DNA from: a virus
IMG/VR virus record: IMGVR_UViG_3300044613_003659
Span: 1 to 64,000 of that record
DNA: 64,000 nucleotides
Reading direction: 5' to 3' (one strand)
In this document: piece after piece, positions 20,915-30,513 of the stretch
How the letters are laid out: every line of letters starts with the position of its first letter
How positions within the stretch are numbered: position 1 is the first letter of the stretch
Position numbers and translations under genes: made by a program
Notes under the pieces: model-generated
The model's input: only the letters and a program-made list of their open reading frames with translations
Databases searched by the model: none
Told to the model about the DNA's origin: nothing

Positions 20915-21349
20915 CTAGCAAGATTTTGGACCTAGGATTTCGTAGCCATCAATTTGACTTTTATATTCGTTCGCTTCACCAAGGTAAAAAAATTGATATC
21001 CTTGCTGTTTGTAATATGCACACTCATGTTTTAAACTTGTAATGCCTAATCTTAATTTAGGGTTGTTGTAAGTCCATGCAAATTGAACTGCTTCGACATT
21101 ATCTTTGTCGTGTTTTTTAATCAAGCTAAATGCAACTAGTATGTTGTTGTCATAGTAACCAATTATCTCTGACTTACTATCTAAGTATTCAGATTCAAAT
21201 ATTGGCATGTAGCTTTTGAATTTTTTATACAGGCAATAAGTGTCGTATATTGTATTAAGAACTTGTATGTCTGGTTTTAAAATGATTTGCCAGTTATTTT
21301 CTAATAGAAAGTAATTAGTGTTTTTTAAATTTATTCTAGCAAATATCAT
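20915..21349 (-). CDS. Aminoacyl-tRNA-protein transferase C-terminal (ATE_C)-like domain protein
   Basis: LVAFS...LRLGITSLKHE...GYQFFYLG...YKS resembles the ATE/Bpt C-terminal GNAT domain. Confidence 0.55.
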   Translation of the reverse strand: MIFARINLKNTNYFLLENNWQIILKPDIQVLNTIYDTYCLYKKFKSYMPIFESEYLDSKSEIIGYYDNNILVAFSLIKKHDKDNVEAVQFAWTYNNPKLRLGITSLKHECAYYKQQGYQFFYLGEANEYKSQIDGYEILGPKSC

Positions 21350-21824
21350 AACGCCAGTTAACTACTTCATCTAAACATTGTTTAGACCAAGTGTGGTAAT
21401 ATCCTTTTGATTTTAGCTGATCTGCTGCTGTGTTTAATTTACTTAGCCGTTGTAAGATAAACAGACCGCATTTTCCAAAATTCATTTTCACGCCATTGAT
21501 AAATTCTTCGGAATTGGGATGATCTTCTAAGACAACATAATCCTGAAACATTAAAATAGAGTTTACATGTTTTGTAAATAGTTCAATTTGACCGGCTGAA
21601 TAAGCACGATGATCGAAACATAAAATAACCACATCAAATTCTGAAAGTTTATGGGTATACTGTGCAATTTCTAGTGGGCAATCAAAAACCGTGAGTATTT
21701 TATTGGTAAGTCTGGCTTGCCTTGCATAAGGGCAAGGCGGCCAGTTATTTAAAAGTGGATTTGGTTGTTCAACAAAATTAACAAGCCAATGCTCTAAATC
21801 TTGTCGAATTTGCAATTCATCCAT
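21336..21824 (-). CDS. Hypothetical protein (DUF1415-like CPYA motif)
   Basis: PPCPYAR and DHP motifs. Confidence 0.55.
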   Translation of the reverse strand: MDELQIRQDLEHWLVNFVEQPNPLLNNWPPCPYARQARLTNKILTVFDCPLEIAQYTHKLSEFDVVILCFDHRAYSAGQIELFTKHVNSILMFQDYVVLEDHPNSEEFINGVKMNFGKCGLFILQRLSKLNTAADQLKSKGYYHTWSKQCLDEVVNWRYDIC

Positions 21825-22176
21825 TGGATGTTTGTAACGGGTCTAAAACTTTTGTAATTGTAGCTTTATCGTTTACAATAAGAATTTTGTGTCGAGGGTA
21901 ATATATTTGAATATTTTTTGCTGCATCATCTTCTGAGAGTCCTTGTCCGAGAAATTTGTTATTTTTTCCATAGGCCAAAACTACATGGTGTCCGTTTTCC
22001 TCTACGTGTTCAAATCTAAGAGCCAAGACTGCTTTTTCAGCTTCTCTAAGAAGCTCTGCTTCTTCTATGGCATCGTTCATTTTATGTTTTAACTGTTGGA
22101 CAAATACCCAAGAACGTAACAACTGCCACATCAAGTAAAAGAAAACAGCCCACCCAAGAATGTCCAAAAAGTTCAT
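21817..22176 (-). CDS. Hypothetical protein with N-terminal membrane anchor
   Basis: Hydrophobic N-terminus. Confidence 0.6.
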   Translation of the reverse strand: MNFLDILGWAVFFYLMWQLLRSWVFVQQLKHKMNDAIEEAELLREAEKAVLALRFEHVEENGHHVVLAYGKNNKFLGQGLSEDDAAKNIQIYYPRHKILIVNDKATITKVLDPLQTSNG

Positions 22177-22177
22177 A

Positions 22178-23005
22178 TTAAGTCCAAAGTGATTGACGGA
22201 TTTTAATTAGACGAATAATCATTTCTTCGTCCTCTCGATTATACTTATCTTCTATTTCATTTGAAAGGTCAAGTGCTTTTTTACTTTGTTCCTGTTCTTC
22301 ATCAGTACGATCTTCAAAGTCTAAAAAGTCGCGACCGGACTGTCGGCGCTGTTCGCAGAATGCACTCCACCCACTTGCATCCATGGGATCTGGACGGTTA
22401 GGATACACTTCAGTCCACCATTTGTATAGTTCAAGTATTTCCGTAGCAGTTTTAGCTTGTTGACTTGGTTTGTGTCTGTCAGGATGGTCGTCATCTAGCC
22501 AATCATTGGTAAGGCTCATTTGCCACTCAAGATTGTCAAGCCCGGCTTGAGCGCAACGCCAAGTGCGCCAACGAAACCAACCAGTTGCCCAAAATGGCGG
22601 ATCATATTTCTTTCTGAATTCCTGACCTTCCCAGGCTATGTGCCACCAAGCGAGCTCAACTTCAACAAAGTCTCTAAGTTCATTAAACAGACATGGAAGA
22701 AACCTGCTGCCAACATCACGCCAAGAACCGCGAGGAATATCGCTTGCGCTAGCAGTAAGAGCGTGGGTACGAGTGACCCAACGATTGTTGATATAGTATT
22801 TGAGATCATACAGTTTGTCTGGTATGTAGAAAAAAAAGCGTTGAAGATAATCTAGCCCTTCTTCGGCCAACCAATAGCGCACAGGATGCCGTGCTTCAGC
22901 TTCGGCACGCCACTCTTTCCAACCACGGTGTGTTAAGGCACCGGGGCTAGGTGTACCTCTCAGCCAGTCAGCAAATGGTCCAATTGTCCAATAATGATTA
23001 CGCAT
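22178..23005 (-). CDS. Trp-rich hypothetical phage protein
   Basis: 275 aa coupled ORF. Confidence 0.7.
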   Translation of the reverse strand: MRNHYWTIGPFADWLRGTPSPGALTHRGWKEWRAEAEARHPVRYWLAEEGLDYLQRFFFYIPDKLYDLKYYINNRWVTRTHALTASASDIPRGSWRDVGSRFLPCLFNELRDFVEVELAWWHIAWEGQEFRKKYDPPFWATGWFRWRTWRCAQAGLDNLEWQMSLTNDWLDDDHPDRHKPSQQAKTATEILELYKWWTEVYPNRPDPMDASGWSAFCEQRRQSGRDFLDFEDRTDEEQEQSKKALDLSNEIEDKYNREDEEMIIRLIKIRQSLWT

Positions 23006-23208
23006 TATTCTTGAAAATATTTGTTTATAACTTCCAGTTTATCTTCGTATTCAGCAATAGCTGCGATTTCTGCTTCCATGGCTGTCATCCAGTCTGTATG
23101 ATCATGTATGGCAATGGGATTGCCCAACATAACTTCTACATTCATGCGATGCTTTTCGATGTTGCTAACAAAATAGGCTCTTGCTGCATTTAGTAATTGC
23201 TGTCTCAT
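23005..23208 (-). CDS. Hypothetical phage protein
   Basis: 67 aa coupled ORF. Confidence 0.65.
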   Translation of the reverse strand: MRQQLLNAARAYFVSNIEKHRMNVEVMLGNPIAIHDHTDWMTAMEAEIAAIAEYEDKLEVINKYFQE

Positions 23209-24045
23209 TTAAACCTCCACATATTTGAGTTGAAATTGATCGGCACGAGCTTCGTACCCATCGTAGCCACGAGGATTACAAACAATTCTGGTAGTGCCAA
23301 TCATATAATCAAAATCCTCATGTGTGTGACCGTGTGTCCATAGTCGAATCTGCCTACGGTCTAATATATAATTATCCAAACTGGTACTATAAGCACCATT
23401 CATTACCAGTTCATTTTTGTATCTTGGATGAGTACTGGCTCGACTAGGTGCATGATGCCCGCAAACTACCACCGGCAAATCAGGGTGCTGCTCTAATACC
23501 GCATCCAATCCACGCTTAAATGCAAAATGATCTTCAACTGCATCTTCGGGCATGAATACCTTTTTGCCTTCTTCGCTGGTATTTTTGATGCAATTAAAAT
23601 CATTCATCATCATGCGAATACGATGCATAGTGGTAGGATCTTGCCCATTCATGTCGGTCCATAGTGTACCGCCATAGAATAAAACACCGTTGATGATACG
23701 CCACTCTTTGTCTAAGAAATGAACATTGTGCATATCACCAAAAGCACTTCTAATGTCTTGAGCACTGGTAGCAAAGTCACCGTGATAATGTTCGTGGTTA
23801 CCCATGATAAGAATCACGTGCGGAAATCTCTCTGCGCAACGGCCAACAAAATTTACATAACGTTGGGCTCGGGCACGAGCGGTAGCAGTCACAGCGATCA
23901 ATCCTGAATCATCGTACATGAAGTCACGCAGCTCTGAGGCAATAAAAATATCGCCGCCTAGAACTAGAACATCCGCGCCATGGGTGTTCTCTAATTCTAA
24001 ATCTCCAAATTCTAAGTGGAGGTCTGAGCAAATTGCAATTTTCAT
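23209..24045 (-). CDS. Calcineurin-like metallophosphoesterase
   Basis: SDLHLE, GD, GNHE, HHAP, HGHTH; start at MKIAICSDLH. Confidence 0.9.
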   Translation of the reverse strand: MKIAICSDLHLEFGDLELENTHGADVLVLGGDIFIASELRDFMYDDSGLIAVTATARARAQRYVNFVGRCAERFPHVILIMGNHEHYHGDFATSAQDIRSAFGDMHNVHFLDKEWRIINGVLFYGGTLWTDMNGQDPTTMHRIRMMMNDFNCIKNTSEEGKKVFMPEDAVEDHFAFKRGLDAVLEQHPDLPVVVCGHHAPSRASTHPRYKNELVMNGAYSTSLDNYILDRRQIRLWTHGHTHEDFDYMIGTTRIVCNPRGYDGYEARADQFQLKYVEV

Positions 24046-24273
24046 ATCACATCCATTTAAGTGCAAATAGTGTTGCTTGATCCGGCCGCTCAAATGTAAA
24101 TTCATACATGTTGCCGGGAAAATTATGTTGTATAATGTAACCACCTGGCCCAAATTGTTCACTGGCCCAAATAATAGCATCATATGCCTTTGTATTCGGA
24201 ACGGTAATTTTATTCATACACACAGTATAGCATAAAAATCATTTAGTGTCTATAAATATCCAAAAGGATCCGT

Positions 24274-24471
24274 ATGTGGTTATTATTAATTATTGTACTT
24301 AGTTCAGAGTCACCATACAATCATCGAGGCTCAGTGCAAAATTTTTATATTTCCGAAAATGAATGTAGAACAGAACTATCCAAAGCGGTACAGGCGCTAT
24401 ATCTAAAAGGTACACAAGTAACAGGTAGTTGTGAATTTAGAGAATACCTGACACCTAAGCGGACCTTTTAA
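24274..24471 (+). CDS. Small hypothetical protein
   Basis: Preceded by TATAAATA and AAGGA. Confidence 0.55.
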   Translation: MWLLLIIVLSSESPYNHRGSVQNFYISENECRTELSKAVQALYLKGTQVTGSCEFREYLTPKRTF

Positions 24472-24675
24472 ATGAAAACTCATATTGCGTTATTACTAGA
24501 AAAATTTGATTCTGTATCCAAATATCAACCCAAAGATAGTGAGAAACAAACTGAAGCAGTGGCAATGATTGTAGCACTTGATATTTTAAAATGTATACTG
24601 CAAGATAAATCTTTAGGTAAGGCTAGGATTGATTTAGTCAAACGCATAGCAGCAACATACGAAATAGACTTGTAA
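24472..24675 (+). CDS. Small hypothetical protein
   Basis: Abuts previous ORF. Confidence 0.55.
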   Translation: MKTHIALLLEKFDSVSKYQPKDSEKQTEAVAMIVALDILKCILQDKSLGKARIDLVKRIAATYEIDL

Positions 24676-24677
24676 CT

Positions 24678-25031
24678 TTAACTTTTTTTAAGTATATCAA
24701 ACACTTGTTGCTTTTCTAGTAATTTGCGTTCTAGTTCAACATACTTCATTCTTAACTCGGCCAATTCCGACCATTCGGCTTCTAATTCGGTATTCGGGCG
24801 TAAAATAGCCAAACGAGATTCAACTGATTCTAACCATTCTCGCATATCTCTACCCTGCCACGTGATATTTCCTTTGAACTCAGCATCACCTTGTACCTGT
24901 AAATCACTCGGGGATATGGTAGTGTTGGTAAAATCATAGTCTGAAACAGCAATTGTTGTCATGTTATCGTCAGTGAAATCCAGATCAATATGGTACGTAT
25001 CCGGATCTAATGGATCAAAATGTTCGTTCAT
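24678..25031 (-). CDS. Hypothetical protein
   Basis: 117 aa, C-terminal coiled coil. Confidence 0.6.
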   Translation of the reverse strand: MNEHFDPLDPDTYHIDLDFTDDNMTTIAVSDYDFTNTTISPSDLQVQGDAEFKGNITWQGRDMREWLESVESRLAILRPNTELEAEWSELAELRMKYVELERKLLEKQQVFDILKKS

Positions 25032-25207
25032 TTAACTTTTACCATACTGTCTTTTCTAATCCAATTTACTCTACGATGCGGATCAGATTCACGCCAGACA
25101 CCAATAAACTGTTCTCCATCAATGTCCTTTTCGTAAACCGTGCTCGTAGTGAAAACTTCACCAGTGCGAAGATTTTTTACTCTATAAATTTTTTCAGGTT
25201 TACGCAT
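25028..25207 (-). CDS. Small hypothetical protein (59 aa, not in ORF track)
   Basis: MRKPEKIYRVKNLRTGEVF...RVNWIRKDSMVKVK*, ATGA-coupled to the next gene. Confidence 0.6.
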   Translation of the reverse strand: MRKPEKIYRVKNLRTGEVFTTSTVYEKDIDGEQFIGVWRESDPHRRVNWIRKDSMVKVK

Positions 25208-25238
25208 AACATTATTGTATTATTAAAAATAGAAAAAA

Positions 25239-26000
25239 TCAAACATTAAATGTAGGCAATTCAGTCAAATCAAAATCTTTTAGATCCAAATCCACTAAAG
25301 AATTATTAACTTGTGGGTACTTATCTATAATATTTTTCATTTGTGTAACAAATATTTCGTGATTGTGATCATTGAAATGACCCATTCTGCCACAGGCAAT
25401 AGGCATTGGTCCAATGCTACCCGTTTCTAAGTTTGATAACACTTCAAAACTAAAATTCACCAAAACACCACTTGTAAAATATTTTAAGGACAAGTGCCTA
25501 CTATGTTCTGTACAAGGTAAAAATATAAATTTAATATTCTTATATTGATTTGGTAATTCTAGAATCCATTTTAAAGAGTGTTCATAGTTAAACAGTTTTT
25601 CATTTTCTTGATAAAAATATTTGTAATATAAATCAAGACCTTGATCTATTTCGTGATAGTTTATGTGTGGATTGGTAGATTCGGGTATAGGTCTGCGCTC
25701 TGCTCTGGCAGAAAAAACCGGCTGAAAGTGTTCGCTGGTATACAAGCGATTGTGCCAAGTTAGTGACCAAAATACAAAATCATAATCATTTTTATGAACA
25801 TCTTTTTCCCACTTATCGATTGAATGGTATATACTAGAACCTCCCAATCCCGAAGACAGAATTGGTGATTGCATATCGTCTAACAATCTTGCACACCAAG
25901 TTTTGTATTGCCTGCCCCATTTTTCGGGATGTGCTCTGTATTCTTGATCATCAAAATAAATTATGTCGCAATAACTATCTCCAAAAAAACCAATGTTCAT
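25239..26000 (-). CDS. SGNH/GDSL-like hypothetical protein
   Basis: N-terminal FFGDSY, late GH motif. Confidence 0.6.
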   Translation of the reverse strand: MNIGFFGDSYCDIIYFDDQEYRAHPEKWGRQYKTWCARLLDDMQSPILSSGLGGSSIYHSIDKWEKDVHKNDYDFVFWSLTWHNRLYTSEHFQPVFSARAERRPIPESTNPHINYHEIDQGLDLYYKYFYQENEKLFNYEHSLKWILELPNQYKNIKFIFLPCTEHSRHLSLKYFTSGVLVNFSFEVLSNLETGSIGPMPIACGRMGHFNDHNHEIFVTQMKNIIDKYPQVNNSLVDLDLKDFDLTELPTFNV

Positions 26001-26042
26001 AAATATCCTATATCAATATAAAGCTACTTATTTCAATTCCTA

Positions 26043-27329
26043 ATGCCAGATCATATTTTAACCAACGACAGCTTTGATAGGTACACTCAAAGAAAAGAAT
26101 GGGCTACAGATAATAAACATATTTGTTATTTGCCTTACAATAGCTTACAATTTTTCCATTCATCCAAATATGTAAGTCCATGTTGTAATTTAATACCAAC
26201 TGTAGAAACAGATTATTTAAGACCCATTATCCAAATCAAAGAAGCGATAAAAAACAAAAAAACTTTTCTAAATTGTTCTATTTGTTACGAATGTGAAGAG
26301 GATGACAAAATTAGCGAAAGAACCCGTTATTTAATCGAACTTACTGATAGTCAGCTCGACAACTTTTTGCGAGAACAAGAAATTACCGCGTTCAATATTC
26401 ATTGTACCTTTAGTAATTTGTGTAATATGGCATGTAGAAGTTGTAATGTTGACACAAGCAGCCTGTTTGCCAAAATTGAAACTGGTCAAGAGATAAAAAC
26501 ACCAACTATTTCAGATGATCCCCAATATTGGAATACAATGTTGGATTCAATTGCAAACGAAGTTAATAAAAGAGAATTAGTAAACCTAGTAATTTCTGGA
26601 GGTGAAGGATTTGTTCAGCCCGATTTTAAAAAACTTTTAGATTGGTTAATTGAGACTAATATAGCCCAAAAAATAAATTTAACAATAAACACAAATGGAA
26701 TAATTGACAACGAAAAATTTATACAATTTTTATGTAACAACTTTAAGATGCTATCTTTGGCTGTCAGCGTAGACAGTATTAACGAAAATTATCATTATGT
26801 AAGATGGCCGGGAACTTGGCAAAAAATAGAAGAAAACTTAAAAACTTTTGCTTATTATAGAAATAATACTAACAATTTTAACTTTTTTTTAACTCCAGTA
26901 TGGAGCACTAACAACATATTTTATGTCGAAGATTGGATTCGTTATTTTGAAAATTTTAAAAAAGAATTTAATTTTCCATATTTTTTTGCCTATGATACAC
27001 CTTTGTATCAACCATCATGGCTAGATATAAAATATATGCCAGCTTATTTAAAAAAACATGCTGCTACAAGTTTATCCACTATACTAAACAATAAATGGTT
27101 ACAGTCAAATAAATCATTATACGTTAATATCAATAACTTGTATTCAATATTGTTAGATACTGATAATTCTGATGAGAAAATTTGGAAATACTATTTACAA
27201 AAAACAGCAGAATGGGATTTAAAAACAAATGCAAAAGCACAAATCTATAACCAAAAAATGTTTAATTTCTTAAGCGAAGAAGATAAAAATCTTTTTAATT
27301 CTAAACAAAAATTGATTTTTAGAAATTAA
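26043..27329 (+). CDS. Radical SAM protein with N-terminal twitch/SPASM-like cysteines
   Basis: CNMACRSC, SGGE, TNG; N-terminal PCC and CSIC. Confidence 0.88.
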   Translation: MPDHILTNDSFDRYTQRKEWATDNKHICYLPYNSLQFFHSSKYVSPCCNLIPTVETDYLRPIIQIKEAIKNKKTFLNCSICYECEEDDKISERTRYLIELTDSQLDNFLREQEITAFNIHCTFSNLCNMACRSCNVDTSSLFAKIETGQEIKTPTISDDPQYWNTMLDSIANEVNKRELVNLVISGGEGFVQPDFKKLLDWLIETNIAQKINLTINTNGIIDNEKFIQFLCNNFKMLSLAVSVDSINENYHYVRWPGTWQKIEENLKTFAYYRNNTNNFNFFLTPVWSTNNIFYVEDWIRYFENFKKEFNFPYFFAYDTPLYQPSWLDIKYMPAYLKKHAATSLSTILNNKWLQSNKSLYVNINNLYSILLDTDNSDEKIWKYYLQKTAEWDLKTNAKAQIYNQKMFNFLSEEDKNLFNSKQKLIFRN

Positions 27330-28899
27330 TATTAGATACCAGTTTATCTTGTACTATTAGGTGATCAAGATCAGTTGTGTTTAGAATAGTAAGAGCATCT
27401 TTAATAGATGTAATCATAGGTGTGCCATTGATATTAAATGAAGTGTTTAGTAATACATTAGTTTGGCCTAATAGATTATATAAAAATTCATTTTGCTCAC
27501 TAGTTACAGTTTGTACTCTAGCTGTACCGTCGACATGTGTTATTGATGGGAACATTTTTTGATATTCATTTCTAACCTTTGGTGAAAAAGACATAAATCT
27601 TGATTCGTAATCAAATTCAAAATATTTGTTTCTATCTTCAAATCGCACCACTGGTGCAAATGGCCTGAACCATTCTCTATTTTTTATTTTGTTTAGTTTG
27701 TCTTTCATGTTAGGAAAAGACGGATCGCATAGAATACTTCTGTTTCCAAGTGCTCTTGGTCCAATTTCAGATTTATTCATTATGACCCCAAAAATGTGTC
27801 CTTGTTTTAATAATAAACTTATTTCATTTATATCAATGTTTTTTGTATAATATCCGGCTAATAAAGTATCCTTTTCTTCAAGATCTAAAATAGGGAAACC
27901 GCAATAAGTTACATCAATTTGACGAGTAGGCGGGTTAACCAAAAAAAGTTGCCCTAAAGATATACCACTATCATCGGTATTAGGTGGAACAAATACACGG
28001 TTGCCATATCGAAGTCTTATATTTTCATTAAGTAGAACATTTAACCCACAGCCACCTGCAATTATTATAGGACGATCATCTATAAAACTATCAACCAAAT
28101 TAAAAAATTCTTTTTCAAATACGTATTGATTTGTTGCTGCTAAATCATATGCAAGTTGTCCTGAATATTGTGTGTATGCAATGTCATTTTTTATCCTAGT
28201 TAAAAATTCATCTTCGTTTATATGTAATAAACCTGTTGTTTGTTTTAACTTTGTAAGATTACCAGTTTGGTAAAAATCACTGAATCCTTCTATCCAATCA
28301 TTTCTTACTTTGCCATACGCTACTAGTCCCATTAATTTACCAGCATAGCCAACCATGAGTTTTGCTTTGCCATTTTTTACTTTTTCTATATCCTGCAAGA
28401 TAAAAGCAACTTGTCTGTAACACTTACCAAAAGAAGGAACATCTAACCGTGTAATATGTTCTATTGTTTTATCATAGTTGTAAAGATTAAATCTACCGTC
28501 ATTTCCTGATCCGTCAAAAGAAATTACCAGACCAGAGGCATAAGGAGATTGATATGCGGCACAAGCTGCGTGTGATAAATGATGATTTAGCAAGACATAT
28601 TTGTTAGCAGAAATTAAATTTCTACACGCCTCGATTAATGGAAGAGTTTTAGCCTGGGCACGAAGCGTATATCCAGGAAATACGCAGGTATCAAATTGGT
28701 TATCTATGTTATAATGATATTGCAAAATATTTAAAGCGTCATTGATTATTTTTAGAGCATCATCAATTGCCACACTTAATAAACTAAAATATCTTTTTTT
28801 TACTAATCTTTCCAGTTCAAAAATAAAATATTCGCCATTTTTTTCAACACTAATTGCAGCGCCGTGTTGAAAATAAAAAGAAATATTATTTTTTAACAT
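27319..28899 (-). CDS. Carbamoyltransferase (NodU/CmcH/TobZ family)
   Basis: HHLSHA, DGSG, GKLMGL, GGCGLNV, EIGPRALGNRSIL, REWFRPFAP, HVDGTARVQT, LNTSFN. Confidence 0.93.
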   Translation of the reverse strand: MLKNNISFYFQHGAAISVEKNGEYFIFELERLVKKRYFSLLSVAIDDALKIINDALNILQYHYNIDNQFDTCVFPGYTLRAQAKTLPLIEACRNLISANKYVLLNHHLSHAACAAYQSPYASGLVISFDGSGNDGRFNLYNYDKTIEHITRLDVPSFGKCYRQVAFILQDIEKVKNGKAKLMVGYAGKLMGLVAYGKVRNDWIEGFSDFYQTGNLTKLKQTTGLLHINEDEFLTRIKNDIAYTQYSGQLAYDLAATNQYVFEKEFFNLVDSFIDDRPIIIAGGCGLNVLLNENIRLRYGNRVFVPPNTDDSGISLGQLFLVNPPTRQIDVTYCGFPILDLEEKDTLLAGYYTKNIDINEISLLLKQGHIFGVIMNKSEIGPRALGNRSILCDPSFPNMKDKLNKIKNREWFRPFAPVVRFEDRNKYFEFDYESRFMSFSPKVRNEYQKMFPSITHVDGTARVQTVTSEQNEFLYNLLGQTNVLLNTSFNINGTPMITSIKDALTILNTTDLDHLIVQDKLVSNINF

Positions 28900-28908
28900 T
28901 TAAAGATT

Positions 28909-30495
28909 TTACCAGACATCAAACGAAATTCCATCAGCGATCAACGACGCAACATTAGTTTGATTTTCAGGGCTCTCGGAGAAATCGGCTAGTACCTTTG
29001 CCCAAGTTTTATCAGTATTTGTCGTCATCTCATTTACCCACCAAGCAAGACCGTTGGTATCAGGATTTCGATCGAGTACATTGTTATACACCCGAGTTAA
29101 AAATTCTGAGTGTGTTGGATTTTGCCCATAGTTGGATTTAAATTCTGCAGAGTCAATAAATCTCGCGGATACCTCAACCAAGTCCATACCACCGTTCATC
29201 CTAGCTATCCAATAATTCAAGCCAGCAGTGTCAGGAGTTCGATCAAATGCAGCTTTGTAGATTCGAAAAGCTTTTGCTGCCGTACTATTGTTTACCGAAG
29301 GCGAAATTTCGTTTACACCGATTTCTAGATCTATTAACTTCGCACCATCGTAAAAGGTATTATTGTCTAACGGGATTACTCTTGGCAAAACTGAATACTT
29401 AGTGTAAATCTCAAATTTTGAACCATCACTAACACATACGTCAAACAGTATAGAACCTGTGTTGTTTACATTTGGAAAACGTGCCCACGCAAAATCTGAA
29501 ATACCGTCCATGTTCACATCGCAGGTATCAAGATACGCCATGCTGGCAGACATGTTTTGGTACTTGTTTCCTAAAAACTGTTGTGTCCGATCGACTAGAT
29601 CAGTGCCATTTTGATTAATCAATACTCTTATGCTTTTATTCAAATCTGGCGTTCGACGATCAACTCCAAACACAACAATGTCTGGCAATTTATCACCATT
29701 GAAATCTCCAACAGCAACTTCTTCAACATGCACATTTGGTGGCAAGCCGGTATCAATGTGTTTGTAATAACTAAATTTTCCGTTGCCGTCATTTAAATAG
29801 GCTACGTTGTCTCCTGACAGCCAAGCTGAAAATCCAATTATGTCTGAGTTTCCGTCATTGTTTATGTCAACGGTAGTTTGATAGAAAAATTCTTTGCCTG
29901 ACACTTGATCGTAATAAGTGCTTTTACTTGTAAAGTAATCTGAAGTGAACTTCTGTGTGATCGAGTCATAGGTGGAAATGACTGTGCTAACTCCGCCAAT
30001 ATGATTTTCAGTCCAGGGTGTGTTAAACACAATTCTAAATTTATTGTCCCGACTGTTTATGATTCCCCATCCATGCACAGCGTACTTGTCATTGCCAATC
30101 TGTACTTTACGGTAACTCCCAATGCCTGAGCTAATGTAGGCATATTGAAAATTTCCTTCGAAGGTTCCTTGGGTACCCGGAACTTCACTTTGATCGATAG
30201 GTATGATGTCTGGTATTCCATCTTGATTGATGTCGTCCACAACCGTGTACATGCCGAACTTCACTTGCGGGAATTGATCAGGCACACCGTCTATAGTAAT
30301 TTTGTAGGGAACAAATCCTGATTCAGTGTTTTTGAAAATGCCTACAGGCGATAGATAATCATTTTTTCCGCCATTTGAAATATCCATGCTGTAGGCAATG
30401 TCCATCAAGCCGTCTTGATCAAAATCCGCAGCGGTGCCATTGCCTAGTCTGTCAGAATCTTTGGTTGGATAAGATTTAAATGTGTGTTTGAGCAT
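28909..30495 (-). CDS. FG-GAP/VCBS beta-propeller protein with C-terminal DUF4214-like domain
   Basis: Repeated DFDQDG/DINQDG/DFNGD; C-terminal RIYKAAFDRTPDTAGLNYW...YNNVLDRNPD..GLAWW...FSESPEN. Confidence 0.8.
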   Translation of the reverse strand: MLKHTFKSYPTKDSDRLGNGTAADFDQDGLMDIAYSMDISNGGKNDYLSPVGIFKNTESGFVPYKITIDGVPDQFPQVKFGMYTVVDDINQDGIPDIIPIDQSEVPGTQGTFEGNFQYAYISSGIGSYRKVQIGNDKYAVHGWGIINSRDNKFRIVFNTPWTENHIGGVSTVISTYDSITQKFTSDYFTSKSTYYDQVSGKEFFYQTTVDINNDGNSDIIGFSAWLSGDNVAYLNDGNGKFSYYKHIDTGLPPNVHVEEVAVGDFNGDKLPDIVVFGVDRRTPDLNKSIRVLINQNGTDLVDRTQQFLGNKYQNMSASMAYLDTCDVNMDGISDFAWARFPNVNNTGSILFDVCVSDGSKFEIYTKYSVLPRVIPLDNNTFYDGAKLIDLEIGVNEISPSVNNSTAAKAFRIYKAAFDRTPDTAGLNYWIARMNGGMDLVEVSARFIDSAEFKSNYGQNPTHSEFLTRVYNNVLDRNPDTNGLAWWVNEMTTNTDKTWAKVLADFSESPENQTNVASLIADGISFDVW

Positions 30496-30513
30496 GAGAT
30501 TTTTAGAAAACAA

